A stretch of 61,241 bases of DNA, filler included, from Chiloscyllium plagiosum (Eukaryota), in assembly GCF_004010195.1 (NCBI RefSeq). It is 5 parts of one record of this genome, joined end to end, with 100 filler letters (N's around TTAATTAATTAA, not from the genome) between each part and the next. Parts side by side here need not be neighbours in the genome. Positions count along the whole stretch, not along the records: positions 13,893 to 25,686 come from NC_057715.1; positions 25,787 to 41,790 come from NC_057715.1; 3 more parts are not named here. One strand, given 5' to 3'. The number at the start of each line of letters is the position of its first letter. Positions within the stretch are counted from its first letter, which is position 1. The position numbers were made by a program, and so were the translations under genes. The notes under the pieces were generated by a model. The model was not told the origin of the DNA. It searched no databases and saw only the letters and a list, made by a program, of their open reading frames with translations. This document shows positions 23,565 to 35,090 of the stretch, in pieces.

Positions 23565-23850
23565 ACAGTACCAATATTCTCAGACGATTTGGCCCATTAA
23601 GTTACTACACCATTCAACAGCAGCTGATACGTTTCTAAACTTCATTGTTTACTAATCAAGAATTTATCTATCGCTGTTATAAATACACTCAGCGACATGG
23701 TCTCTAGAGCCTTCCGTGGCAGTGAGTTCCACAGATTGAATACATTCTGACTGAAAAATTCCTCCTCTTCTCAGTTCTAATGGAACTTTAGATCCTTTCA
23801 TTCTGATGTTGTGCCCTTGGGTGCTAATCCCTCCAACTCGTGGAACACTC
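23565..23850 (-). mobile_element. Old CR1 3' fragment
   Basis: gagttccacagatt...ctgactgaaaaattcctcctc, a degenerate CR1 3' region. Confidence 0.6.
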
Positions 23851-24084
23851 ACCAGAATGAATGGTCAAAACTGGTGTTAGCATTCTAAATGCGCTTAAGG
23901 GCAGACATATATGCTGTCAAGAATTTAGGATCCAAATATTTACATATAGATAAGCGTTTGCTTGTCTGTTGAATATCAAAACTAAAGGCAGGATTTCAAG
24001 TCAAATGGAGGTAGGCAGGAATAAAAAAGTTGTTACTGGCATGATAGTTTGACAGCACATCCTGAGCTAAAGACTTCTCATAGA

Positions 24085-24310
24085 TAAGTCCATACTGTGC
24101 AGAAAGAGTCCATTTGACCAATCAACCCTACGAAGAGCATCCCAGCCAAACCCAGCAACCAATCCCACCCCACCACTAACCCTATCCCTGTAACCCCACA
24201 TTTACCATGGCTAGTCCACCTAGGCTGCACATCCTTGGACACTACAAGGCAGTTTAGCAAGGGCAATCCATCTAACCAGCATAGCTTGGGAAACTCATGC
24301 AGACACAAGA
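24085..24310 (-). mobile_element. Diverged V-SINE variant
   Basis: ccatggctagtccacctaggctgcacatccttggacactacaaggcagtttagc resembles the HE1 body. Confidence 0.65.
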
Positions 24311-24316
24311 CAGAAG

Positions 24317-24469
24317 GGGCAGCACGGTGGCACAGTGGTTAGCACTGATGCCTCACAGCACCAGGGACCCGGGTTCAATTCCCACACTGTCTGTGCGGAG
24401 TTTGCACATTCTCCCCGTGTCTGAGTGGGTTTCCTCTGGGTGCTCCGGTTTTCTCCCACAGTCCAAAGA
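24317..24469 (+). mobile_element. HE1-type V-SINE 5' half, truncated by a CR1 insertion
   Basis: tRNA head gggcagcacggtggcacagtggttagcactg...gggttcaattccc plus V-domain. Confidence 0.9.
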
Positions 24470-25213
24470 CAATAGGTGCAGGAGTAGGCCATTCTGCCCT
24501 TCGAGCCTGCCTCCAGAGTGTCCAATTCTTTAATAATCTTATATGTCTCAATCAGATCCCCTCTCAGTCTTCTAAACTCAAGGGTATACAAGCCCAGTCG
24601 CTCCAGTCTTTCAGCATAAGGTAGTCCCGCCATTCCAGGAATTGACCTCGTGAACCTATGCTGCACTCCCTCAATAGCCAGAATGTCTTTCCTCAAAATT
24701 GGAGACCAGAACTGCACACAATACTCCAGATGTGGTCTCACCAGGGCCCTGTACAGCTGCAGAAGAACCTCTTTGCTTCTATACTCAATCCCTCTTGTTA
24801 TGAAGGCCAGCATGCTATTAGCCGCCTTCACTACCCGCTGTACCTGCAAGCTTACCTTCATTGACTGGTGTACAAGAACACCCAAATCTCTTTGTACTGC
24901 CCCTTTACCTAACTTGACTCCATTTAGGTAGTAATCTGCCTTCCTGTTCTTGCCACCAAAGTAGATAACCATACATTTATCCACATTAAACTGCACCTGC
25001 CATGCATCTGACCACTCATCTAACCTGTCCAGGTCACCCTGTAATCTCCTAACATCCTCATCACATTTCACCCTGCCACCCAGCTGATGAAATTTGCGAA
25101 TGTTATTGCTAATACCATCTTGTATATCATGAAGATAGATTGTAAAAAGCTGCGGTCCCAGTACTGATCCGTGCGGTACCCCACTGGTCAGTGCCCGGCA
25201 TTCCGAAATGGAG
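24468..25213 (-). mobile_element. Young CR1 RT fragment with the 3' tail joined by an internal deletion
   Basis: Open frame TSGVPHGSVLGPQLF...LQGDLDRL...LVRPHLEYCVQFWSP...LRGDLIETYKI, fused to the tail gacaataggtgcaggagtaggccatt. Confidence 0.92.
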
Positions 25214-25497
25214 GGGTGGAGGAGTGTGGAAGGATGAGAGAATGCAGGCTGCGGCCCTATGAAGCAGGGGGAGGGCTTGCAGTTGGCCTGTGTGGGGATG
25301 TGGGAGACTACAGGAGCCTGGTGGGCAAGGGCTGGCCTGAAAGGCAGCTGGAGGGACGGAGGGAGGGAAGCACGCAAGGAGGAGGAAGAGCAAAGAGAAA
25401 AGAGAAAAAAAAGCCAAAGGGGATAAAGAGAAAGAGCAAGAAAGAAAATGTGGCTGGCCAGCACGCCTTGAAGTAGGGAGAAAAGGCAAGGGCCAGC
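25214..25497 (+). other. Probable 5S rDNA non-transcribed spacer (upstream)
   Basis: GC/purine-rich non-TE sequence directly upstream of the 5S gene, with an AT-richer ttgaagta near -30. Spacer identity is inferred. Confidence 0.55.
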
Positions 25498-25610
25498 GCC
25501 TACGGCCATACTAGTCTGAAAACGCCCGATCTCGGAAGCTAAGCAGACTCAGGCCTGGTTAGTACTTGGATGGGAGACCGCCTGGGAATACCAGGTGCAG
25601 TAGGCTTTTT
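25498..25610 (+). rRNA. 5S rRNA gene copy with a 10-nt internal deletion (likely pseudogene); T5 terminator at 25606-25610
   Basis: GCCTACGGCCATACTAGTCTGAAAACGCCCGATCTCG^GAAGCTAAGCAG...GGTTAGTACTTGGATGGGAGACCGCCTGGGAATACCAGGTGCAGTAGGCTTTTT. The canonical TCTGATCTCG is missing at ^. Confidence 0.93.
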
Positions 25611-25686
25611 CCGCCAGCAGTGGCTGCTCAAGTCACCCCTCTGCACTTGTCTTGTGCCAGGCAATGGAGCGGCAGGTTATTTCTGC

Positions 25687-25786
25687 NNNNNNNNNNNNNN
25701 NNNNNNNNNNNNNNNNNNNNNNNNNNNNNNTTAATTAATTAANNNNNNNNNNNNNNNNNNNNNNNNNNNNNNNNNNNNNNNNNNNN
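25687..25786. other. Assembly gap: N44-TTAATTAATTAA-N44
   Basis: Seen directly. Confidence 0.99.
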
Positions 25787-26108
25787 GCGGCACGGTGGTT
25801 AGCACTGCTGCCTCACAGCATCAGAGACCTGGGTTCAATTCCTGTCTCAGGCAACTGTCTGTGTGGAGTTTGCACATTCTCCCCATGTCTGCTTGGGTTT
25901 CCTCCGGGTGTTCCGGTTTCCTCCCACAGTGCAAAAAAAAATGTGCTGGTTAGGTGAATTGGTCATACTAAATTGCCCATAGTGTTAGGTGAAGGGGTAA
26001 ATGTAGGGGAATGGGTCTGGGTGGGTTGCTCTTCGGAGGGTCGGTGTGGACTTGTTGGGCCAAAGGGCCTGTTTCCACACTATAAGTAATCTAATCTAAG
26101 TAATCTAA
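25787..26108 (+). mobile_element. HE1-type V-SINE, near full length
   Basis: tRNA head, V-domain and tail gtaatctaatctaa. Confidence 0.92.
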
Positions 26109-26111
26109 TTT

Positions 26112-26346
26112 AAGATGAACATGCCAACTCCATAGACAGTCACCCAAGGCTGGAACTGAACCTGGGTCCCTGACTCTGTGAAAGTGAGGGCTGCAAATGC
26201 TGGAGATCAGAGTCAAGATTAGAGTGGTGCATTCCTGATGAAGGGCTTTTGCCCAAAATGTCCATTTTCCTGCTCCTCGGATGCTGCCTGACCTGTTGTG
26301 CTTTTCCAGCACCACACTAATCTTGACCCTGACCCTGTGAGGCAGC
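26112..26346 (-). mobile_element. HE1 SINE head fragment interrupted by a mini-PLE
   Basis: cagtcacccaaggctggaactgaacctgggtccctgactctgtga ... ccctgaccctgtgaggcagc. Confidence 0.7.
26182..26326. mobile_element. Fold-back mini-PLE (family A) with decayed hammerhead core at about 26235-26263
   Basis: gtcaagattagagtggtgc and gcaccacactaatcttgac are inverted. 14-bp TSD ccctgac[t/c]ctgtga at 26168-26181 and 26327-26340. Confidence 0.85.
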
Positions 26347-26811
26347 TGAAACTGATCAGAAATTTCTAGCCAACCTACAAACTTTCCAAGTACTGTGGTC
26401 AGGAGCTAAATGTTTGCCTGGAGATATCCTTCTGGCAGTAGACCAGAGCAGGGAGCCAGAGCTTTAACTTTGAGGCTCTCAGTTCTACAATATAATGGAG
26501 CATGTCAGGCTAAATTCTATAAAGGGTTAACTGTTACAGTGTATTACATTATAGTAGGAAGCGACACACTCTCATGTAAACTGAAAGGTGAGGAAGTAGC
26601 ATGGAAAGCTAATGTATGGGAGTATCCTAATAACTACAAATAAAGTAAAGGTAGACTATTTTATGGGTAGTAGTCTTCAAGAATTATTGAAACAACTTGA
26701 ACCCAACAAGATAATTTATGGTAGTAAGCAGGTGAAATATCTTCCTCAACTGGAGAGTTTTCTAAAACTTGCATCTATGCCTGAATTGGGCTGAGGCACA
26801 AGCAGGTAAGA

Positions 26812-27130
26812 AAGAAGAGCAGAAGAAGAGCATCTGTCCCCTCAACACTGCCTACCCATCTTGGCTGGTCTGCCTGAGGCCTCAAATCCTCTTTCATGCC
26901 AGTTCCTTCTAGCCCTCGACTCCTTGGCATTTCAAAAATATATCTGCCTCCTCTTTAGATACTTACAATGATAAAGCCTCCATAACACTCTAGGTTGGGA
27001 ATTCTGGACATTCTCTGAAAAAATTTCTTCTCTGAGGGTTGAGTACTCCAAACAGTCTCTACCCACTGAGAGGAGAAATTTCTTCATGTCTCAGTTTTAA
27101 ATGAGTGCCCCTTTATTTTGTAACTATGTT
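26812..27130 (-). mobile_element. Old CR1 3' fragment
   Basis: gagaaatttcttcatgtctcagttttaaatgagtgcccctttattttg, a CR1 3' motif. Confidence 0.6.
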
Positions 27131-27142
27131 AAACACTTACTT

Positions 27143-27345
27143 AGCCTTGGGTGACTCTCTGTGTATGATTTACATATTCTCCCTGTGGCTGTGTAGGTGT
27201 CCAGTCTCCCACTGTCCAAAGATGTGCAGGTTAGATGGATTGGCCTTGCTAAATTGCCTTGGAGTGTTCAGGGATATGCAGGCCAGGGGGGTTTGCCATG
27301 GAAAATGCAGAGTTTTGGGGATAGGATGGAGATGTGAGTCTGGGT
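27143..27345 (+). mobile_element. Diverged V-SINE fragment
   Basis: cccactgtccaaagatgtgcaggttagatggattggccttgctaaattgcc. Confidence 0.7.
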
Positions 27346-27385
27346 GGGAAAAGCTGCATATGGCAAAGTTATTGATGCACTTTGT

Positions 27386-27677
27386 AAACATAGAACATAC
27401 AGTGCAGTACAGGCCTTTTGGCCCTTGCTGTTGCACCGACCTATGAAAATAATCTGATGGTCATGTAACCTACACTGTTCCATTATTATCCATATGTATT
27501 TCCAATATCCATTTAAATGCCCTTAAAGTTGGCGAGTCTACTACTGTTGCAGGCAGGCCGTTCCACGCCCCTACTACTCTCTGAGTGAACAAACTACCCC
27601 TAACAAATGTCCTAAATTTATCACCCTCAATTTAAAACTAAGTACCCTCGTGTTAGCCTTCACCATCTGAGGAAAAT
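27386..27677 (-). mobile_element. CR1 3' end
   Basis: aacatagaacatacagtgcagtacaggcc tail; gcaggccgttccacgcccctactactctctgagtgaa. Confidence 0.8.
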
Positions 27678-27897
27678 TCAACAAAAACAGAAACAAAGGG
27701 CACGTATTTATACAATTAACAGATGGTTGTGAACATAATAATCTGACAGAGGTTCTAATGTCTTTTTATATTCAGTCATGGAACGTGGGTAACCTTGGCT
27801 AGCATTTATTGCCCATCCTTAGTTACAATTCACAGCAGAATACTTGTTGGAGTAATAGGGGATGCAATATTAGACAATTTGCGGACCTTGTAGACAC

Positions 27898-28152
27898 AGG
27901 TGGCACAGTGGCTCAGTGGGTAGCACTGCTGCCACACAGCATCAAGGAGCCAGGCTCAACTGCAGTCTTGGCTGACTGTGTGGAATTTGCATGTTCTCCC
28001 TGTGTCTAAGTGAGTTTCTGCTTTCTTCCCACAGTCCAAAGATGTGCAGTTTAGGTGGATTACAGGGATAGGGTGGAATGCTCTTCAGAGGATCAGTGCA
28101 GACCGGTTGGGCTAAATGGCCTCTATCTGTTCTGTAGGGACTTTATGATTCT
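27898..28152 (+). mobile_element. Diverged HE1-type V-SINE
   Basis: ggtggcacagtggctcagtgggtagcactgctgcc head, V-domain and tatgattc tail. Confidence 0.8.
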
Positions 28153-28414
28153 GAAAAGATTTGACTTTACCAAGGACAATGTTCTTAAGTAGGCAGGAGA
28201 CAGAATTGATTGGTAGGCAATGGGTCAGTGGTGGTAGTAAGGACAAAAAGAGAGAGAGAGAGAGAGAGTCTGAATCCCTAAGAAACAGTTGAATTTCTCA
28301 GATTTAAAAGAGTGAAATTTGACAGGAGGTGTGTGGCATAAAAGGCAACTACTGGTAGCAGCTCAAACCGATGGTACGGAAGAGAAAGTCATAGACACAG
28401 GAATGGTTCCATTA

Positions 28415-28652
28415 AAAAAAAAGCACTGTCTTTTGATGCAAAAAGATGGGGCACTTTCAGGCAGTAGGTCAGATTGGAAAAAAGTGGCAAAACACTTGAA
28501 AATGATGAAATAGAGCGTTCACAAGTTATTGACAAAAAAAAGCACTGTCTTTTGATGCAAAAAGATGGGGCACTTTCAGGCAGTAGGTCAGATTGGAAAA
28601 AAGTGGCAAAACACTTGAAATTGATGAAATAGAGCGTTCACAAGTTATTGAC
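28415..28652. repeat. 119-bp tandem duplication with one mismatch
   Basis: Units 28415-28533 and 28534-28652. Confidence 0.95.
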
Positions 28653-29139
28653 ATGCATTTCTTGGGAAAAAATTAAAGGAAGAATTGGAAATTAATTGGA
28701 CTGCAAAGATTATGGTAGAAGATCACTAGGACACTAAATACTGGAGCAGCAACTTCAGTCTTTTAAGATTCTGAAATATGAGTACTCTTCAACCATTCTG
28801 CAAAATGTTACATGGACTTAGAGAAATAGAGCTGAATGTCTGTGAGAACAAACTATTACTTTAATGCACAGAGAAGAAGTAATTACTAAAGTATTGTGCT
28901 TAATTCAATCAGTGCTGTTCATTCTTAAGCAGAAAAGGATGTATGGAATTGAATTCATAGAATAGAAGAGATAAACAGTGGTGAAGGTTGATCAGGAGAT
29001 TTTACAGCAGAACATCCAAAGTTATTTACAGGTTTGTGAAGATTCAAAACAGTGTATTGTACAACACTAAGCCCAGAAGCTAAACATGTCATGAGACTGA
29101 AAGCAGTCTGAGAAGACTGCAGTAGACAGAATTAAAAAT

Positions 29140-29774
29140 CTGGGAGAGAGAGGGAGAGAGTGTGTGATTGCTTGAGAGAGTGTGTGTGCACACAGACACA
29201 CATACGCACGTACACACATTCCCTCTTCCTCTGTCTCTCCCATACATACATATGTCTATGGTGTGAATTTACATTTGCAGATACATTCTGTTTTGTTCAA
29301 AAAGCACACAGTTTGTAGGCAGTCAGTCAATGTGAAATTTTAAATTCCTACTTTAGAAATAACAACAGTCTGACTCCAGGTTGGGACAAGACAGACTTTA
29401 ATCTCACAATTATAATGCATTGCCTGAGCTGAGATGTCACTGTTCTTTAAATATGATAAAATCTTAAGTTATTCAGCGGCAATAAATTCTGAGATTTACA
29501 TATTAATCAATTGAAACCTGCATCCCATTCTAAGTGATTACAGACTTAACAGCTATCTAAGTTTGTCTAATACATTGCATCAGTTGTATGACACTTTGAT
29601 CTTTTTCTCATAAATTCTGTGTCCTGTGTATCCTGCTTTACTAGCTACCTGCCGAAGGTGCAACACTCCAAAAGCTTGTACTGTATTTTCAAATAAACCT
29701 GTTGGACTGTAGCCTGGTGTTGTGTGATTTTTAACTTTGTCCACCCCAGTCCAACACCGGCATCTCCACATCAT
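29140..29774 (+). mobile_element. PLE family B pLTR with decayed hammerhead
   Basis: cctgccgaaggtgcaacactccaaaagcttgt...aataaacctgttggactgtagcctggtgttg...ctccacatcat. Confidence 0.82.
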
Positions 29775-29799
29775 GCAATCAACAGAATTGACACTCAGT

Positions 29800-31100
29800 G
29801 GTAAGTGCAAGCTTCACAACCAACAGATCAGTTTCTTGGTTACATAGTGTTTGCATAGGAATACAGATTGATCTACTGAAGACCAGAGTCATTAAATATC
29901 TTTAATGTTCAAGAAACGTTGCAGAGTTATAGATGCTCATGGAAATGTAAATGAAGCAGCTAAATTTCTAAAAAAAATGCAGCGCTCAGTGAGCCATTTT
30001 TCTAGTTTTATGATGAAATAATGAATGTTGTTTGGAAAGGTATATGAAAATCATATGATAAAATCAAGGAGGATTTGATGTAATCAGAAATATTTATACA
30101 CTATGATTTGGAATTACCTGCACTAAAAGCAGCAGACTCATACTCTCTAATGGGACTGTTTCCAATACAAATGGATGGAAATGCGAACCATTGTATCATG
30201 CCCCAAGCTCATTCATGGATTTGGAGAAGGGATATTTAGTATTTCAAAAAGGAAAATCAATTTTCTGATTACACCTTTGATCTTCACATTCCAATAGAAA
30301 TAGACTACAAACCTTTGGTCATATTTGTGAATTCGAATGAGTTTACATCAATGCCATCCAGAGTTGAAAGGTTTAAGCTAAGATTGATGAGGTTTGATAC
30401 TCTTATGGTAAATGCTCAAAGCTTGTAACAGAGAGAAATGTAAACAAATCAGAGTTTTGTTTTTGAGTATGGGTGACATATATACCAGTCTTGAAACCAT
30501 ATTTTGAGCAGAGAGAGAACAACAGACTATGATAGCTGATTTGCTAGTTTGCAATGATAATAATAATCCTAAAACCACTGAGATTTGAACTCTTACACCT
30601 GCATCCAGGTTATTTAGATATCATTTGAAGTGTAGAGCTCGAGCACAGTGTTTGGTTTAGTGGCCAGGTCTCTCGTAGCCATTAAAAAAATTGATATCCA
30701 GCTGAATGACACACACAATTCACAGACAAGAATCAAGAAAACCACAATGTCATTGCCTTCTCCCACAACTCAGTTTAAGCAGAAAACATTCATAATAACA
30801 GCCTATTAAATGGATTGAGCTGAAAGAGTTACATTGACACACATCTGAACCAGTGATAATATCTTTGAAAGGCATCATTTGTATTTGGTCACACAAGCTC
30901 ACTGAGGTTTGCACAGGCTACTGGAAAAGCTGTGAGAGATGTCCGAACTGAAAAGGAATTACTGATAAAGAATGAGGACTTTTAATTGCTTCTTATGATT
31001 TACTGATCCTCAACCTTGCTGATTGGTTTGGTTGCACCGAGTGACCCATGAGAAACAGATTATTGATGCCTACTTTTCCACATATATTGATGGCGCAGGT
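29800..31100 (+). mobile_element. Decayed Gypsy LTR-retrotransposon pol (RT end, RNase H, integrase)
   Basis: FLGYIV..GIQIDLLKTRVI near 29833. From 30261: FSDYTFDLHIPIEIDYKPLVIFVNSNEFTSMPSRVERFKLRLMRFD (RNase H, TDHKPL-like). HLKCRARAQCLV*WPGLS near 30620 (integrase zinc-finger region). Flanking about 28.6-29.1 kb may be gag. Confidence 0.8.
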
Positions 31101-31624
31101 CAAAGAGCACAGATTGAGAGGAAGTAATAATGGGAGAGAGAAGATACTCAGTGAAGTAAGCAGAATGAACACTATGATTATCGTAAAGGACCTTATTGAC
31201 TCTTCAATGGGGAGGACAGAATTGGATCAAAAAGCAATTGCGATTTGGAGAAATAATGGAGAAGTCATCACATCTAAGATATTGCAACGTCCAAACTGAC
31301 AGCCATAGCAAGATGCAAAAGAAGAGCTTTTGATTGTATTTGAACAACAGAGTGAAAATTAGAGACTAGAGACATTGCAACTCACAGAACTGAAAGAGGG
31401 CACTGAAGCAGATGGTCACAAACCATCTAATAGTTTGAAATCTGTTTAATTGCACCTACAGAGCCAACTGCAGAGTAAGAGTGACTCATGAGCTAAAGAA
31501 CAGCAAGGTATTTTAAACTAGTGAAGCCACCACAATGCTCCTTGGTGAAAGAGAAAGTGAGAATCTCAGAAACCAAGAGGAAGGAGAGATAAAAAAGAAC
31601 TTGTAAACTTAGCACTTGGTAAAC

Positions 31625-32890
31625 AGTGACAGATTGGACAGAGTCAGCATGGGAATTTACAAAAGGGAAATCATGTTTGACAAATCTCCTGGAATTTGTC
31701 AAGGATGTAACTGGTACAGTGGATGTGGTTTACTTTGACTTTCAGAAGGTCTTTAACAATGTCCCACATAAGAGATTAGTATGTAAAATTAAAGCACATA
31801 GGATTGGGGTGGTAAACTAACATGGATAGAGAACTGGTTAGCAAACAGGAAACAGTGTAAGAATAAATGGGTCATTTTTTCAGTGGCAGCCAGTGGGGTA
31901 CTGCAGGGATCAATGTTTGGACCTCATCACAATCTATATTAATGACTTAGATGAGGATCTAAATGTAATATTGCCGGGTTGGTTTGTATGACACAAAGCA
32001 GGATGTGAGCGTGAGTTATGATGAGGACACAGGAAAGCTTCAGTGTGATTTGGACAAGTTGAGTGAGTGGCATGACAGATTGAAGCATAATGTGGATAAG
32101 TGTAAGGTTATCGACTTTGGTAGCAAAAGGTAGGAAGGCAGCTTATCATTGAATGGCAATAGATTGGGAGAGATTGAGGGGCAATGAGACCTGAGCATCT
32201 TTGGACATTGATCACTGAAAGTAAGCATGCAGGTGTAGCAGATAGTGAAAAAGACAAATGGTCTGTTGGCCTTCATAGCAACAGGATTTGCGTACAGGAG
32301 CAGGATTTCTTGCTGCCATTATACAGAGCCTTGTTGAGACTACATTTGGAGTATTGTGTGTAGTTTTGCTCTCCTTATCTGAGGAAGGAAGTTCTGGCTC
32401 TAGAAGAAGATAAACAAAGGTTTACCAGACTGATTCCTGGTAAGAGCCAATATATGAAAAGAGACTGGAGTGGTCAGGATTAAATTCAATGGAGCTTTGA
32501 AGAAATGGGATTTGGGGGAGTGGGAGTCCCATAGAAACCTATAAAATTCCATCAGGGCTAGACATGGTAAAGGCAGGGAGGATGTTCCTAATGACTGGCG
32601 ATTCCAGAAGCAGGGTTCACAGTTTGAAGTCACAAGGTAGGCCATTTAGGACTGAGATGAGGAAAAATGTTTTCACGCACAGAGTAGTGAACCTGTGGAA
32701 TTCTTCCTAATGAAAGCAGTTGAGGACAAAACATTGAACGTTTTCAAGAAGGAGTTAGTTGTGTCTGGGGTTAGAGGGATCAAAGGAAATGGGGAGACAG
32801 CAGAAACAGGGTACTGAGTTGGATGATCAGCAATGATCATATTAAATGGCAGAGCAGGTTTAATTATGCTGCTCCTAGTTTTTATGTTTA
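31625..32890 (+). mobile_element. CR1 LINE RT plus 3' UTR, decayed
   Basis: FTKGKSCLTNLLEFV...VDVVYFDFQKVFNNVPHKRLVCKIKAH and downstream CR1 motifs. Confidence 0.9.
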
Positions 32891-34804
32891 AGAAGACAAC
32901 ATGGAGAGGGAATGAAAAATATTTTTTATTTAACAGAGCAGAAAGAGGCTACATATTGCAGGCAACTTCAAAATACACATCTGCAGGCAACCTGTGGAAG
33001 GGTTGCCTGGCTACTGAGGCCACTTTATATCTACACATTTTATAATTTGGAACCAGTGTGCCTCAAGATAGAAATGTCCTGACTCTCTATCTCTAAACTA
33101 CACTGCCAGATAACTCTTCCCAAGGTGAACAATCTACAGCTTCTAAAGCCTGCCCACTGTCCTTAATTGGACAGTGAACCTGCCCTTTAGCCACTAATTG
33201 TTGAAAAGTATAGCAAGGTGACTATTACCCCTGAGTGAAGGACAGTGACCTCAATTTGACTATGACTTTGAAATCTGGAAGCAAAAGGCAAAATCTTATT
33301 TTACTTTGAGGAAAATTCATAATGAAACTTCTAGCGTGCTGTGTGTTTATGGTAGAAGCTATCATTAATTCAATTTGAAAATTGATAAGGGAATATTTAG
33401 CACTGGCAACTTTTTGCATAGCTTAAAACAAACAGGAAATGAACTTTGACATAATGAACTGATATTTATTTTGTGCAAGTTTTTTTACTTCACGATCATG
33501 ATCAGTCTCTCCTGTACTCGAATGCTGTATTTCTTTGAAGAATAGTTAAGTTTGCATGTAACAGTGCTTTTTCAATTATTCATGTAACATAGGCATTGTT
33601 GGCAAATATTTTGCCCATCATTATTTGACTTTTAAAAAGAACTGAGATATTGAATAATTAATGGGCTTTATTTCATAATCCAGTATATCATGTCTTTAGA
33701 CATTAAGTTATAAATTTAAGATGGTGGTTTATCTGCAAGTTATTTATTCTGATTAATCTATAATCTCAACAACATGAGTTACTTCCGACAGCTTTTTTAA
33801 AAATCTTTTGACAGTAACAACTTTTCACACACAGAACAGGTTTTGACCTTGCCAATCAAGTCTTCTCAAAGAGAATAAAAAATTCATCAGCCACAGGCAG
33901 AAGGATAATTGCTGAAAGCATGTCAATACATTTCTGCATCAGAAAACATATTTGAGAATAAAGCTGATGCTTTGCTGTCTGGAAGGGTCACTGTACATGG
34001 CAAAGATATCTATATCTGCACAATACTGAAGAGAGGCACAAAGGTGCATGGTCAATTGATCAAAGTGAGCAAAGTGGGGAGAAGTGAAGCACAGGATTGG
34101 AATTTAAGAACTACGCTTGCAAGACAATAGTGTTATCTATTTTCTAAAAGCTTATTTGGAAGAAGGGGAGAGTAAGGTATAAAAGTAAATTGTTGAGATG
34201 TGCATGCCACAAATTCTTCAACACTCCTTTCTGTGATACCTCACTTAGTCAGAACATTACTTTGGTTTGCAGCCTTCTTCGATCCATCATACAATATTAG
34301 AAATAATGCCGGGTTTCCATTCTGTAAGTAGGCATTTTAGGTTGTGTTTTTCAGAGACAAACCATCATTTTATTGGTAGTGTGTCCACTTGCAGTGTTAT
34401 TTTCACAACTGAGAGCTGAGAGCTTATGGACTAGAAGAAGTGTACTGAGAGGAAACGGGGGAAATTGAGACAAAATCAAACTGTCTACTAAGTGATACCT
34501 GACCATTAAAGACTGATATATTTATACCATGGCTTCGTATAATCTTAACGCTGCTTAATTTGTTTCAAATAAATCTGTGTGCTTTACCTGTGTATCCATG
34601 ACCAATTATTTCCATAACAGTTAGGAAGCAAGCTATTAGAACAGCCTCTGTTTTCGCAGTAAGCTCTTTCATTATAACACTGAGTGCAATACAAAACTGC
34701 TCTGGAAAAACTGAAGTTGCTTAAAAACATTATATAAATGCAAGAAATGATTCACATTCACCGAAGTGTGATTTCATTAAAACACAGGATTCTGAGATGG
34801 TGAC

Positions 34805-35090
34805 ATGCTGAGGGATGTTTCCGCTGGCGGGGGAGACTAAGACTAGGGGGCATAGTCTCAGAAGAAGGGGTCAGATATCTGGGGCTGAGGAGAAAGTTAC
34901 TCACCCAGACAGTGAGTTGTTATAAAATTCCCAGCCTTGAGGTTTGCAGATATGTAGTTTTTGAGTATACTTGAGAGTCATGTTGACAGAATTGTGACCA
35001 CTGAAGTTGTCAAATAGATCAGCCATGATGTAAATGGAAGGCACAGGTTCAAAGGTCTGTGAATCCTACTTCTGCCCCTCTTTTTAATTC
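34805..35090 (+). mobile_element. Old CR1 3' fragment
   Basis: gagggatgtttccgctggcgggggagactaagactagggggcatagtctcag...cagccatgat...cctacttctgcccct. Confidence 0.7.

Noticed and set aside
24317..24390. tRNA gene
   Set aside because: It is the tRNA-derived head of an HE1 SINE, continuing into the V-domain; the same applies to the other SINE heads.
24295..25509. Longest ORF (404 aa, minus strand) as a novel gene
   Set aside because: It is a chance read-through chimera of antisense 5S spacer, a CR1 RT fragment and antisense HE1 SINE.
28415..28652. CRISPR-like or satellite array
   Set aside because: Only two adjacent copies with no spacers, in a eukaryotic context.
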